Below, one piece after another: positions 48,691 to 62,150 of a stretch of DNA of 64,000 bases. The DNA is taken from the NCBI GenBank assembly GCA_964016885.1, contig OZ024741.1:162874001-162938000 (forward strand), written 5' to 3'. Source of the DNA: Eledone cirrhosa. Lineage: Eukaryota. The first letter of the stretch is position 1. The number at the start of each line of letters is the position of its first letter. The notes under the pieces are model-generated. The model ran no database searches, was not told where the DNA came from, and saw only the letters and a list, made by a program, of their open reading frames with translations. A program made the translations under genes and the position numbers.

Positions 48691-50180
48691 TTCGTCTGGT
48701 TTTGTAATTTCACAAATGTTTACCAAGAGAGAGAGAGAGTCGGTTTCTAACATAGACACAAGACTCTCTCATTGGAATTTACACGACATCAACTAGGTAG
48801 GTATGTATGCATGCATGCCTGCATGCATGTGTAGGTATGGATGTTTTGTATGTGTGCATCTGTATACGCTTTGTATCTGTACATGTGTATATGCAGTTAC
48901 TAGATGCAACATTTTTGGAATGTTTTACATATTATAACTGTTCCATTAATGGATTGTACTTGTAATTTCCTACATTCCACCAGTACTCTTTCATATTATG
49001 TGCATGGATGTCTTCCACATTGCTGTAGCTTTTAATGTGTTTATTATCAGGGCTATCTTTTTTACGGATTGCATTGTACAGTGTTTTGGCCACTACATCA
49101 TGCCTCATAGGTAGATAGTACCTGCGAGGATATCTTTGGACACCTGCTGATGACATGGGTGATATCTTTGATGTTAATTCTGCAGAGTCTGCACTTGTTA
49201 TCACATCTAGGTGTTTTGCCTGCATCCCTATCTCTTTTGTGAATCAGGTATTTCGTGTTAATTTCCTGTTCTTGGATTGCAAAAGCGTATCCTTCAAAGT
49301 GGGAGCCAATATAGCGGTTGTTGGTCCAAGATAGACTACTTTGCTTTTCTATATTACTCTCACTCTGGAGCTTCCTGGCAACATATCCATGCATGATTTT
49401 TTGCTGATAAGCATGCAGTTTTTCATCCATGGATTCACTGCGATACTGCTGAGCGACTTCCCTGGGTGTGAGTCTTTGATTATCACACAGGGAATATCTC
49501 TCGAGGAGTTCCTTCCCAACTCTCATTATCTTATCTGTTTCATGCAGATAGACTTGCTCGAGAGACGGGCTCCTACGCTTCGAGGTTCGTAGATGTTGTC
49601 GGAGGGATTATATGGGACATTCAAATGCTGTCTGGACTGATGTTAGGCCTCTGCCTCCCTGCTTACGTTTCAAGTAAAGGCGGTCTATGTCACTGTTCAT
49701 GTGGAAGTGTCCGGTGTTGTTTAGTATTTTTCCAGTTCCAACATCAACTGCTCGGATTTCGTCTATCGTCCAATTGAGTATTCCAAACGTTGGTGTTAGG
49801 ACAGGCACAGCAAACACATTGTGAGCCATTGTTTTATTGTGTGCAGAGAGTTCCGATGACCAAATCTTTCTTAATCGGGTGTAGTATTCCCTGGTTACAC
49901 GTTCCTTATTACAGATACCATTATAGGATATTTTCTCATCTATACCCAGGTATCTGTAGCAGTCCTCATCAGATATCGGTGAAACAGTTAGGCCATTGAT
50001 GACACTGTTGCTAGATTGGGTTGTTGTTTTACCCCACTTTACAGTCATATATGAGCATTTATCTTGGCCAAACTCCATTCCCATATCCTTTGAGAACGTT
50101 GTAACCAGGACAAGATTTTCTTCATCCCATCCTTGTTCTTAGCATAGAGTTTCAGATCATCCACAAAGAAATTATGGGTT
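48691..50180 (-). mobile_element. Dong-B, 5'-truncated, RLE core deleted near 48970
   Basis: Matches the 43398 copy; YWWNV is fused directly to the C-terminal segment; TATG flanks. Confidence 0.9.
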
Positions 50181-50191
50181 ATGTATGTATG

Positions 50192-53100
50192 TTATCTCTT
50201 TCTCTTAATTTCGAGTATATTTTTTTGACCGGCCACCTTCCTGGTGGCAAGGTTGTAAAAGAAAAGAAATTGTCATCCCTTGAATCGCAAGAATGTTTTG
50301 CAAATTTTGAAGGTGCCAGCTATCGCAGCCATTTGTGAACTATGAATTAGGGAGCTGCGCTCTTTGTCCGCAAATCCAAGTTCAGTCATACTTTGGTCCA
50401 AGCGGGTTGGTATATAACCCGTAGTTCCAATAATGATGGGTATGAAGATAAAAGTGTATCTTGGATACTGGATTTGTAAACTCCTCATCAATGGTCCGTA
50501 GATGTCCTCTTTCTCCTGTATTTTTCTGACAACGTTTACATCAAGTGGGCAGCTGATCTCCACAAAAGAACACGTTTTCAATGTGTGGTCCCAAACAACA
50601 ATATCAGGCCGGTTGTGCTGTGCTTTAATTTGGTGGCAGTTTTTATTTTCAGGTTCCACTAGTATTCCTTATTGCCATCTGTCTCAATATATTCTTCCTC
50701 GTTTGTTGTTAATTTTGTTTTCCGAAGTGCGTTCCAGATGGTTCTAGCTATCCCATCGTGTCTTCTGGGGAGGTAGTAGCGAGATGACATTCTTTCGCAG
50801 CTGGCAACAATGTGGCTTACATCCTCGATCTTTGTTTTACAAAGCCTACATTTATTGTCAGCTGATGGCCCTCCCCTTTTGTGCAGCAGATATTTGGTAG
50901 GGATTTCTTGTTCCTGTATTGCATAGAGATATCCCTCAAGGTGTGATCTCATAAACTTGTCGGAACTCCATGCCAGGATTTTTGAGTGGTTTATCCTCTC
51001 TATAGTCTTTGTTTTACGTCTCAAGTATCCATGCACAACTTTTTCTGTAAATTGGTCAATTTTTTCATCTTGTTTGAACATTGAATAGGATCTTCCGATT
51101 TCTCTGGGTGAGAGATTTATATCAGGCTTTATTCCATATCTCTCCTCCAGATCAGTGGCTATTCTAATGATATTTTTTTTTTCATGCTCATAAACCTGGG
51201 CAAGATGGTTGGCAACCTTTTTCCTCTGTTGAAGATGTTGCTTCAGTGTTACTATCCGGGTCTCATATGATGTTAATATGGATTTTAGACCCCGGCCACC
51301 TTCCTTGCGTGAGAAGTATAGCCTATCCACATCAGAATTGATGTTAAAGTTCCCAGTAACACTGAGAAGTTTGCGAGTTCTAACATCCATCTCACTTACT
51401 TCTTGCAATGACCAGTTCAGCAGGGCAAATGTTGACGTTAGAATTGGCACAGCATAAGTATTGTGGGCATAAGTGTTGTACGCTGACAGTTCTGATGACC
51501 ATATTTTCTTTACTCTTCTGAGGTATTCAGTTCTGGTTCTCTCCTTATTTATGGGTCCATCATATCTGACATTCTCATCCTGTCCAAGATATCTGTAGTT
51601 GTCAACTGACTGTAGAGGTTGTATTGTTAGGCCGTTCTTCCCTAGATTTCTAGAGGAGGGCACAGCTCTTCCACGTTTTACTGCCAAATATGCACACTTG
51701 GACTCACCAAATTTCATTTTGATGTCTGTTGAAAATTGTGTAATGAGGTCCAATTGTTTCTTGATGTCATTGATATTTGGCCCATACAACTTCAGGTCAT
51801 CAACAAAGAAAAGATGGGAGATACTTCTGGACCCACTTCTTTGTCTACCTTGTTTCCTGAGTAGGTAAGATAGTGGATTTAGTGAGAGAACAAAGAGTAG
51901 CACTGACAAGCTATCACCCTGAAATATGCCCTTCTGATAATGTATCTAATCAGTCTTAACTTGCTCCTTCTCACCTCTAAGGATCAAATTGGTGTACCAG
52001 TTCTTGGTCAGACGTTCAACAGAAGCTACCAGTGGTTGTGGGACTTTGGCTAACTGTAAAGCCTTAACAATCCACCCATGAGGTACACTATCAAATGCTT
52101 TTTGATAGTCCAGCCACACCACAGTCATGTTTCTGCGATTCTTTGTTGTTTTTTCTTGAATCATTTTATAAGTTAATAGGTTATCTATGCAACCCCACAC
52201 CTCCCTCTTTCCACCAGCTTGCTCAGGTGTTATGATGTTGTTGGTAGCACAGTGATCCTCTAAGAACAGGTTAAGGCACCCAGTATATAATTTATACATG
52301 ATGTTTTGGCAGGCTATTGGGCGGTAATTTTTAGCAAGGGTCGTTTGGCTATTTTGGGGAATGAGGAGAGTAGTGGCAGTTGATAACCATCTGGGCAGTT
52401 CTTGGGTGCCTTTAATGGTTTCTGTAAACAGCCGTATGAGATCTTGCCGATAGAAAGTGAAATTCTTCAACCAGTATCCTGTAATGAGGTCTGGGCCTGG
52501 TGATTTCCTATTCGACATTTTATGTAGAGCTGTTTCCAGTATTGACCCATTTATGTCATATTGTTTTGTCTCGACATGTTGGCAGTAGTCCTGTTCCAGT
52601 TCTTTTAGCCAATTAGTTTGTCTGTTGAATCCGTCAATCGTTTCCCATACAGATCTCCAGTAGCCCTCAACCTGTTCTTTTGAAGGGGTGTCATTTACAG
52701 GGATTGAGCTTTTGCCACTGAAGCTGCGATAAACTGATTTAGGATCTCTGGCAAACAATCTATTTAGCACTTGTCGTTTATGTGCGGTTGACTTATATTT
52801 TAGTCTTTCTGTTGTAGCTGTGAGTTGTTGTTTCAACTGGTGTAATTTGGAGTTTAAAGTTTTAAATTTTGTATCTCCAAATCGTCTCTCTAACTTTTTT
52901 TTTTAGGTCTTCCTGGTGTCGTGTGAAGTTGCTCTCTATGTTGAATTTCATAACGATTGCGATGTGTGAGATACTCCATCTCAGGGACAAAACTTTGCTT
53001 TTTAAATTTCGCATCCACGCTGGTTCAGGATTTTTGTTTGTATCTTGATTGCGTGGTTTTAGATGTTTGTTATATGATAGTAATGTGACAGCTGAAACAT

Positions 53101-53793
53101 ATCACAAAATGTTAAGCGTTTCAAATGTTTCTACACTCTTAGATCGTATAGCCTTCAGATAATTGTCAGCTATTTCGTTCACCGCTTCCAATTCCAATTT
53201 AGTGGGTTCTTTACTGATTCTTGGGTTGTATAGTCTGTCACTCACATTAAGGCTGTGTATCTCTTGAAACATATCGTCCCATATCACTTGTAAGGTGCCC
53301 ACAAGTTTTTGGTGTTCTGTTTGTACAGTAGAGTCATGAATTTCAGCCTCGTTGTTGATGTGGTGACAATTACTACTAGAGTTAGCTGACCATTCTCACT
53401 GTTCTTCAGTGGAAGTGTGATGGATTTCAGCAAAATTGTTGGTGAGCTGTTCACTGTTAGATTTAGCTGGCCATTCTCTTTATCTGTCAGTGGAGGTGGG
53501 GTGGTTGTCTACAAGGGCTGTATTTGTAGTATGATACGTTTTGCCTGTTCATTTAAATGCTTTCGAGAAAAGTCTAATTCTGGGTGTTTGGAGTTCCATA
53601 AAGTTTTTAGCCTTTGCATAAAAAACCGAACTTTTGGGGTTCAAAGTGTTTGTATGCTTCATATAATTCTTTGTTAAGCTCGTAGCTCCACTGTATACAA
53701 CGGTTGTAGTTGCGATTTGGTCGAAGGAGACTTGTACGTTTTGCCATGATGAGTTCGTCTATTCACTAATATTTTGTATTTATTTTTCAATTT
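50192..53793 (-). mobile_element. R4/Dong-clade LINE family C, near full-length with frameshifts, in (TATG)n
   Basis: ATG at 53747 (MAKRTSLLRP..QWSYELN), NYRPIAC, WLDYQKAFDSVPH, HLFFVDDLKLY, CRLC..HIVASC, RHD, RPD..VEISCP. Confidence 0.92.
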
Positions 53794-53853
53794 GTATGTA
53801 TGTATGTATGTATGTATGTATGTATGTATGTATGTATGTATGTATGTATGTAT

Positions 53854-54116
53854 GGTTAAGAGAGTGGGACTGGCTTTGTGCAGTGCCTTTGGTCACTATA
53901 AAAGCTTCACGGCACAGGCATTGCTTTATATCTGGAGATCTCTCTGCACTTGTCGTCACATGGTACTATGGGCCCAGCACTATGTGTCAATAATTGTCAC
54001 AAGTGTAGTGTTTGTACCAGAGTTTTCAGGTCACACTCGTTCAGCGCATCGGTAGGGGTTCTCCTACATGGATATAAAGTAGTAGCCGTACTCGAAAACG
54101 AGTTGGCAGCCACCAT
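53854..54116 (+). mobile_element. Non-autonomous RTE-derived element, 5'-truncated, in (TATG)n
   Basis: Nearly identical to 34908-35191 apart from a short deletion. Confidence 0.85.
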
Positions 54117-54237
54117 GTATGTATGTATGTATGTATGTATGTATGTATGTATGTATGTATGTATGTATGTATGTATGTATGTATGTATGTATGCATGCAT
54201 GTATGCATGCATATATGTATGTATGCATGCATGCATG

Positions 54238-55338
54238 TTTTTCTTTCTCTTAATTTCGAGTACATCTTTGACTGGCCACCTTCATGGTGACAACGTTGTA
54301 AAAGAAATGAAATAGTCATCCTTGAATCACAAGAATGTTTTTCAAATTTTAGAGGTGCCAGCTTTCGCAGCCGTTTGTCGTCTATGTATTAGGGAGCTGG
54401 GTTCTTTGTGCACAGATCCAAGTTCAGTTATACTTTGGTCCAAGCGGGCTGGTATATAACCTGTAGCTCCAACAATGATGGGTATGAAGCTGGAGGTGTA
54501 TCTTGGATACTGGATCTGCAAACTCCTCATCAATGGTCCGTAGATGTCCTCCCTCTCCTGTATTTGTCTTACAACTTTTACATCAAGTGGGCAGCTGATC
54601 TCTACAGCAGAGCGCGTTTTCAATGTGTGGCCCCAAACAACAATATCAGGCCGGTTGTGCTTTAATTTGGTGGCAGTTTTTATATTCAGGTTCCACCAGT
54701 ATTCTTTAGTACCATCTATCTTAACATATTCCTTATCGTTTGTTTTTAATTTTGTTTTCCTAAGTGCGCTTCAGATGGTTCTAGCTATCACATCATGTCT
54801 CATGGGGAAGTAGTAGCGATACGACATTCTTTCACAGTTGGCAACAATGTGGTTAACATCTTCGATCTTTGTTTTACAAAGCCTACATTTATTGTCGACT
54901 GATGGCCCTCCTCTTTTGTGTAGCAGATATTTGGTAGGGATTTCTTGTTCCTGTACTGGATAGAGAAATCCTTCAAGGTTGGATGTCATAAACTTGTCGG
55001 AATTCTATGCCAGGCTCTTTGTAGGATTTATTCCCTCTATGGTCTGTGTGTTTCGTTTCAGACACCCATACACAACTTTCTCTGTAAATTGGTCTATGTT
55101 TTTATCCTGTTCGAATATTGAATAGGATCTTCCAATTTCCCTGGGTGAGAAATCTATATAAGGCCTTATTCCATATCTCTCCTCCAGATCAGTGACTATC
55201 CTAATGATATTATTTCCTTCATGTTCATAGACCTGGGCAAGATGGTTGCTGATCTTTCTCTTTTGCTGAAAATGTGGTTTCAGTGTTACTATTCAGGTCT
55301 CGTATGATGTTAATATGGATCTTAGACCCCGGCCACCC
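54238..55338 (-). mobile_element. Dong-C subfamily, 5'-truncated copy
   Basis: Homologous to 50192-51300 but clearly diverged; 3' end in a TATG/CATG tract. Confidence 0.88.
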
Positions 55339-55344
55339 ATATAT

Positions 55345-55591
55345 AAACGAGGATGTTTCGTTTACATATGAAACATATTTATTGCGTATCGATTTGTTAC
55401 GCGCGTTTCGCAGAGGATTGACTCAAGGTGACCCATAGGAGTTACGGATCTAACTCAGGTATCGATATACTCGTTAGGCTGGTGATGTGACAAAAATATA
55501 TCTTTTGTCACATCATTTTGTCACGTGAAATACGCGTAACAGGTCGATACACAATAAATATTTTTCATATGTAAGCCAAACTTCCTCGTTT
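55345..55591. mobile_element. MITE or foldback element with long imperfect TIRs
   Basis: TIRs of about 65 bp starting aaacgagga..ttacatatgaaa..tatcga..gttacgcg; internal 12-bp hairpin gatgtgacaaaa/ttttgtcacatc. Confidence 0.75.
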
Positions 55592-55708
55592 TTTTCCTAT
55601 TATATACACTCTGCCTGTGCATAGAGTGTTTGATGTGGTACCTACGCCAGTATTTCACCTTACTACCCACACACTATACACACGCACACACACATATATC
55701 TATATATA

Positions 55709-55788
<80 letters not shown>

Positions 55789-56290
55789 ATATATAAATAT
55801 ATATATATAAATGTATATATAAATAAATATATATATATATCTATGTATATATATATGCATATGTAAGTATGTATATATATAATTCGTCTTCTAAATATGC
55901 TTACCCCTTCGGGTGAATTCTTATAAAATCTACTTCGATTGCAATAATATTTAAAATAGTTTTGTGTATCGGTTAGAGAAATTGTACTATTGAAATTCAT
56001 ATTTAGAAAACTGTACTTGAACATTAAATTACTCTTAAGAGAAATAGTATTATATTCCTGAGAAATATTATTGAAATATTAAATATAAAATGTAGGTTTA
56101 GTTTGAAGCTATTCTTCATCAGGTCGATAATAAGATTATCTCTCTCATTCTTGAAACAATCCCGCTTTGGTTTTTCTTTCTAGCTTTCAGCATTCCTTGT
56201 TGTGGACCAGTTCTCTAATCCATTTCCCTTTCAATGAAAACATTGTGCTTCTCGCGATTTAATGAAATGATTTCGTTAAAGAAATATTAA

Positions 56291-56471
56291 TTGTTTCTAC
56301 TTTAGGCACAAGGCCAGCAATTACCCAGTACATTACTGATACTTTATTTTATCGAACCCGTAAGGATGAAAAGCAAAGTCAACCTCGGCGGGATTTGAAC
56401 TCAGATCGTAAAGGGACGTAACTATGCTGGAAAGTATGGCGTCCGACCCTCTACTGATACTGCCAATCCAC
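56291..56471 (-). mobile_element. tRNA-derived SINE (main family)
   Basis: Full copy; agaaatattaat occurs on both flanks (likely TSD). Confidence 0.88.
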
Positions 56472-58728
56472 AGAAATATTAATGCTTGACAGCCACGAGG
56501 AGATTTTAATATTTTACAATATTTAGTATATTAAAATCTAAAGTAATCCCAGTGTAATGCAGAATTTAGTGAATTACGGTATTGTTTACAAGTTTACAAT
56601 GTTTTGTAGCCTGTCTGTGAAATACCGAATCGTTTAAATATCTGCCAGATTGAAGTAATGTTAAATTCTGCATTAAACTTAGGAACTTCCGTCACTATTA
56701 TCTATTTGAATTGTTTTGTCCGCTGGGAGTGAGGTGGTCTTGTTACAACAAGTATATCAAACTATAGATAATGGCTGTCAACATAGTAGTTTTCCATAGC
56801 TGTATTTCATAGATGTGTAGAAGTGTTATGTATGTAGACAATTTAGGGGAATAGTATCAAGTTTAGTTGCTTAGAAATGTATGTGAGGCCAAATACAATT
56901 ACTTTTAATGCAACTTTACTCCCATAAAATATCATTACGTTTCTACTGTACATCGATGGCGGGAGACAACAAAAGAGACACTTTGGTAAATTGTTGCCTT
57001 GTTTTACTTTCGAAGTTCAAATCCCACCCTAGTTCACTTTGCCTTTCATCCATTCGAGGCTTATGAAATAAGGATCCACCATTTAAAAACCATTGAAGTC
57101 AAACTTATAGAATGTTCTTTAGAAGGCAGTTTCCTGATATGACTGCAGCCCAACAACGAAAACAATAAAATAATATAAGAATACAGTATATATATATATA
57201 AACATAAATATGAGTTTATTTTAGAGTTTCAGAATATAAGCTTTTAATGTTCATAATTTTCTTAAAGACTGCATCAAGTTAAGGGAAATAGCTGCACACG
57301 GGATTAATATAAAAAGGATGCAAGTTAAGCTCTCCCAGGATATGAGATGTATTCTATTATAATTTCAATAGAGAATAAAAAGTTAGTTACGACGTCATCA
57401 CTGTTTGAGCTGCCTACCAATCCTAGCAATATATATTTATTAAAACATTAGTAAAGTGGGAACCTGATCAGGCTCTATTCAAACGGAAAAAATGGTTCTT
57501 TAATTTACAAGTTCAATTTTACCACTGAACACATTAAGCGTTGTAAAGAAAAACAACAGAGCTTTTGTATTTTGTGGAAATGAAATATTTTAAGATGATT
57601 TATTACTGCAGTATATTTTTACTTGTCGCTTTTTCCTTCGTTTTTTTTTTTGTATGTTTTCTTCAATACTACAACCTTTATTTCAAAGGAACGTTTTCGT
57701 TATTATTAATTGTTAAGCTTCAATTGATATAACTATCTATCAACATTTTGTGATGTATCAAAGAGATATATTTATAATCCATTTAACTGTCCATATTCCC
57801 TTGTGTTTTTCTTTCTATACCGAAGACTTCATTTAGACTACCTACATTCGTGACTTTCATCAACCTCTTAAAATTCACATTTCTTTTCTTATATTCTATA
57901 TTTAAGGATTATTTCGTTCACGCTATGTTATATTTACCAAGGATGCATAACATATTTAATTATTACAAATACTTCATTTAGATGAGGGAATATTTGCAAG
58001 AGGATAATTTTACTCTTTAATACTGGTCTGATGTTATATTATTTGCAGATTCTTTGTATCTTAGCACTGCAATATTTGTAGGAATTCAGTCTATGTGTAC
58101 ATGACTTAATATGGTAAATAATTGATTGTAAAAAATGTTATTTGTGTATAAGGTCCTTTGTTTGTGCAGTCAGAGTACTTATGCATTTAATTGTCTCTTT
58201 CTTGACATTGTAAGAAAAGTTAAGGCTCATTAGCTTAGTAAAGCCCAGTGACTGTTGGTCTTGTATAGACAAAGAACCGAACACTAGTTTGCTTCAGATG
58301 CACTTGTTCGTTAATGAAGGTGTGAGCCTCGCGAGCTGGAATGGCTCTTCCAGCGCATCTCCCTCACCATCTTCCGGAGAAATGCCTTCTCTATTCTGTC
58401 CGCCGGGGCCGCGGGACGGCCAGCGCGTGGGACCCCATTTGTTCATTATAGTGAGAGATGGGGACGGCGGGAGAGACGGAGGCAGTGACAGTGGGAGTTT
58501 GGTTCCTCTGTATTCGGACCTGGTGTATATGTGTGTGTAATTTTATTCTTATTTTCGGCTTTTACAACTATTGAATGGATCAGACGACCAACTTATTTAA
58601 TATGTCACCGATTTAAGAGCCTAAATATTCCTGACAGAAATTAAAAGAAAAAAAAAAACGCAATTTTAAGTGAAGAAGACAAAGAATGAAAAACAAGAGA
58701 ACATGCAGGTGAATGGAAGTTAGAACTT

Positions 58729-58865
<137 letters not shown>

Positions 58866-58970
58866 GTATATATATATATGTATGTAAAAGGTAAACAGAA
58901 ATAACAACACAATCGGTACAGTATATGGAAGGTATATATTAGGTTAACGCTTGATATAGCAGGAAGGGGG

Positions 58971-59006
58971 TCTTAACGTTTCGGACGCTAGTCCTTCATC
59001 AGAAGA
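58971..59006 (-). ncRNA. Minimal type I hammerhead ribozyme
   Basis: Minus strand: tctt CTGATGA a ggac tagc gtcc GAAA cg TT aaga. Confidence 0.85.
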
Positions 59007-59211
59007 AAGAATGAGAAACAAAATAGGGGACGGGCGGGATGGAATTGGAAAAAAATGTCTTTAGATAAAAATAATAGGTCCATTCATGTTGACATCTCTT
59101 GCAAAACTATATATATTCTTTAGTGGCTAATTGATAAGTCTTGTTATTCTGTGAAGACAGACTTATTGAATGACCATGTGAGTACACAGGTGAAACTCAA
59201 GAGTAACATGA

Positions 59212-59376
59212 CTTAGAGTTACGGCCCTTTATGTTCAAATCCCGCCGAGGTTAGCTTTGCCTTTCATCTTTGAGGAGTCGATAAAATAAAGTACCAGTAT
59301 TACACTGAGGACGATTTAATCGACTTTCCCTTTCTCCCAAAATTGTTGACCCTGTGCCTAAAGTAGAAACAATTAT
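59212..59376 (+). mobile_element. tRNA-derived SINE (main family), 5'-truncated
   Basis: B box, core and 3' end agaaacaattatt. Confidence 0.85.
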
Positions 59377-59521
59377 TAAACTCTGCTTCGGCATTGAGTA
59401 GTTATTCTGTAATAAATAAACACTTTCATTGTGTATATCGAGAACTCTCTCTTCTTCGTAATATATTTGTTACACATACGCCCACTTGTACACACAAACA
59501 CACACACACACATATATATAT

Positions 59522-59574
<53 letters not shown>

Positions 59575-60290
59575 CAAACAAAGAAACCAGTCATAGGATT
59601 TCACGTAGACAATTTATCTACATACATAAATATATACAGATTACATACCTCTTTAGCATTTACACAACGTATTTTTTGCCTGCATCCGTGTGGTATGTTG
59701 AGTGTTTATATTATATTTCATTAGGCGTAATTTGATGGATTTGCTTTGAAGAAGGCAAATTAAAAATAAATTGTGTTTTAAGTATTTATTCTGAGATATA
59801 TGTATTTTATTTTTCATCTGTTCTTTTCTCTCGTTCATCAATAGGATTCACTAATCGCTATCTATATTTCCCCCAGTATGAATTTCAAATAATCTCATTT
59901 TTACTCTGCCTATTGTAAATCAAAAGAACAGTTTTGTCTGTGAAATGACACAGACGTTTTCAAGGAATGTACGGCTAAAGGAGACGAGCAACCTTATATC
60001 TCAAGATTTAAGGATGAGTTTGTTCCTGATTTAATATTAAACGCCTTTTTATGTTCTTTAAACTTTATTTGATTATTCATTGATGGTTAACTGCTATATT
60101 ATTAGTTTTGAAGTTCCGCTATACCTTCATGAATATTCTCTCCATTTTGAAACATAAAATGTTTTACTTTAATTGTCTATCTGATGAAATAAACTGATAT
60201 ATCTTTTAAATTGCCTGATCATTTATTCACACACAAAACCACAAAGCAGATATACAAACATATACATACACACAAGCACACACACACACA

Positions 60291-60399
<109 letters not shown>

Positions 60400-60642
60400 G
60401 TACACTTATATATCTTTGGAAAATTGAAAATGTGACAGTCCCAAAGAAAGAAAATAACTATAATAATAGTCGATCACTATAGATAAAAGTTGAAAAGATT
60501 CTGAAACAAATGGACAGAGATGTCTATATATATATTTTATCTGGTGATTCTATAGACATGTTTTATGATATATAGCTCTGATTATTTAATTTATTAACTT
60601 TTCATTGAGCCTCAATGTGACCCGTTGCAAAACACGTACATG

Positions 60643-60687
<45 letters not shown>

Positions 60688-60887
60688 CTTTATATGTAAT
60701 AATCTCCCATTAGGTTGAGATACAAATTTGGCTGTATTGTGCTGTTCTTTCTAGCAAATAGCCACCAGCCGTAAGCAACTACCACACCCCTTCCAACCTG
60801 ACCGCTCCTACGTCACGATTCTTAGCCATTTTGAATGTATTCTCGGCGCGATCACTTTGGAAAATTTAATGTCTAGATTAGAGCAAA

Positions 60888-60960
60888 CTCCTGAAGAGTC
60901 CGATGCTCGAAATTCCGAATATATTGGAAATCTCAAAATGCGGACGAAACCATGGTAGAG
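60888..60960 (+). ncRNA. Type I hammerhead ribozyme with extended stem II loop
   Basis: ctc CTGAAGA gtccg (38-nt loop) cggac GAAA ccatgg TA gag. Confidence 0.8.
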
Positions 60961-61230
60961 GTAAATAAATGTATTCTCTTTTCTCCTAGTTTATTTTACA
61001 CCTAATTCTGTTTAATTAACTGTATATCTGGGCGATTACGCTGTCGAAATATTCGATAAATATTCCGTCGCAGCCGACGCGAAGGGCTAGTTTCGGTTAT
61101 TTGTTGGGGATTTCTTCATAGAAGCCTTATTCTTATAGCCTGGTCTATTCGATTTTTTATATAGTTGATTATGCTAATTGGGAGAAGAAATGGTATATAT
61201 TTTATCTGGTTATTCTATAGACATGTTTTA

Positions 61231-61310
<80 letters not shown>

Positions 61311-61352
61311 ATATTAAATAAATGGAAACTATATTTATAACACCATATTTAT

Positions 61353-61405
61353 TTTATTATATTTCAAGGGTACCAAGACACATTGGTACGCTTTCATCAG
61401 ATAAA
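61353..61405 (-). ncRNA. Minimal type I hammerhead ribozyme
   Basis: Minus strand: tttat CTGATGA aag c gtaccaa tgtgtc ttggtac c ctt GAAA ta TA ataaa. Confidence 0.8.
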
Positions 61406-61583
61406 TTACAAAGTTTGATTTATAAATAGAGACATACCCATGAAAATCATACCTTATCGGTTGGAAATTCACTGGATAGTGGAAATATATTAGGGATTTT
61501 TCAAACTTATGTGTGAATATGCAAATAAATATGTAAATAATTGAAAAACCACCGTTTATCTATGGAGAGAGAGAGAGAGAGAG

Positions 61584-61658
<75 letters not shown>

Positions 61659-61914
61659 AGAGATAAGAGGAGGAGGATAAAATAGTGCGAGAGAGAGAAG
61701 AAAGAAACAAGAGAAGATGAATAAAAACTCATATAACGTTAATATAAAATAAATAAATAGATGGGTATATCATGTTATAGATAATTGTTCTAATGAGTTA
61801 TGAGGGATATTGGTTTTGTATTTAATGTAAATAAATATTAAGTTAAATTAAATTAAATTAACTGAGTTAATAAGAATATTTATATTTATATGATTTAAAA
61901 TGGGAAGATACGGA

Positions 61915-62150
61915 AAAGCTTCATTATAATATTCTGCCTTATCGTCAAACATGTTTTTATTAGCGGAGATGCGTGAAATCCGTTGTTGGACAGAATTGAC
62001 AATAGTGTTCTTGATAGATCTAGGATGATTACAGTTAAAACTTACATAGTTTAGATTCTCATTAATTTTATGGAATGGATAGTAGAGCCCTGTTATAAAA
62101 TTGTTATGAAATTGTTATAAAATTGTTAACTTTTTAGACGTAACATTTGC
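61915..62150 (-). pseudogene. PLE RT thumb remnant (Hydra-like)
   Basis: TGLYYPFHKINENLNYV..NHPRSIKN..RISRIS..YYNEA aligns with the C-terminus of the 8435-9859 product. Confidence 0.75.

Noticed and set aside
56085-56128. Minus-strand CTGATGA with a short stem II
   Set aside because: No GAAA and no stem I partner.
61065-61091. Helitron-like 3' end (cgtcg/cgacg hairpin then CTAG)
   Set aside because: No matching 5' end, and it lies inside the hammerhead-bearing unit.
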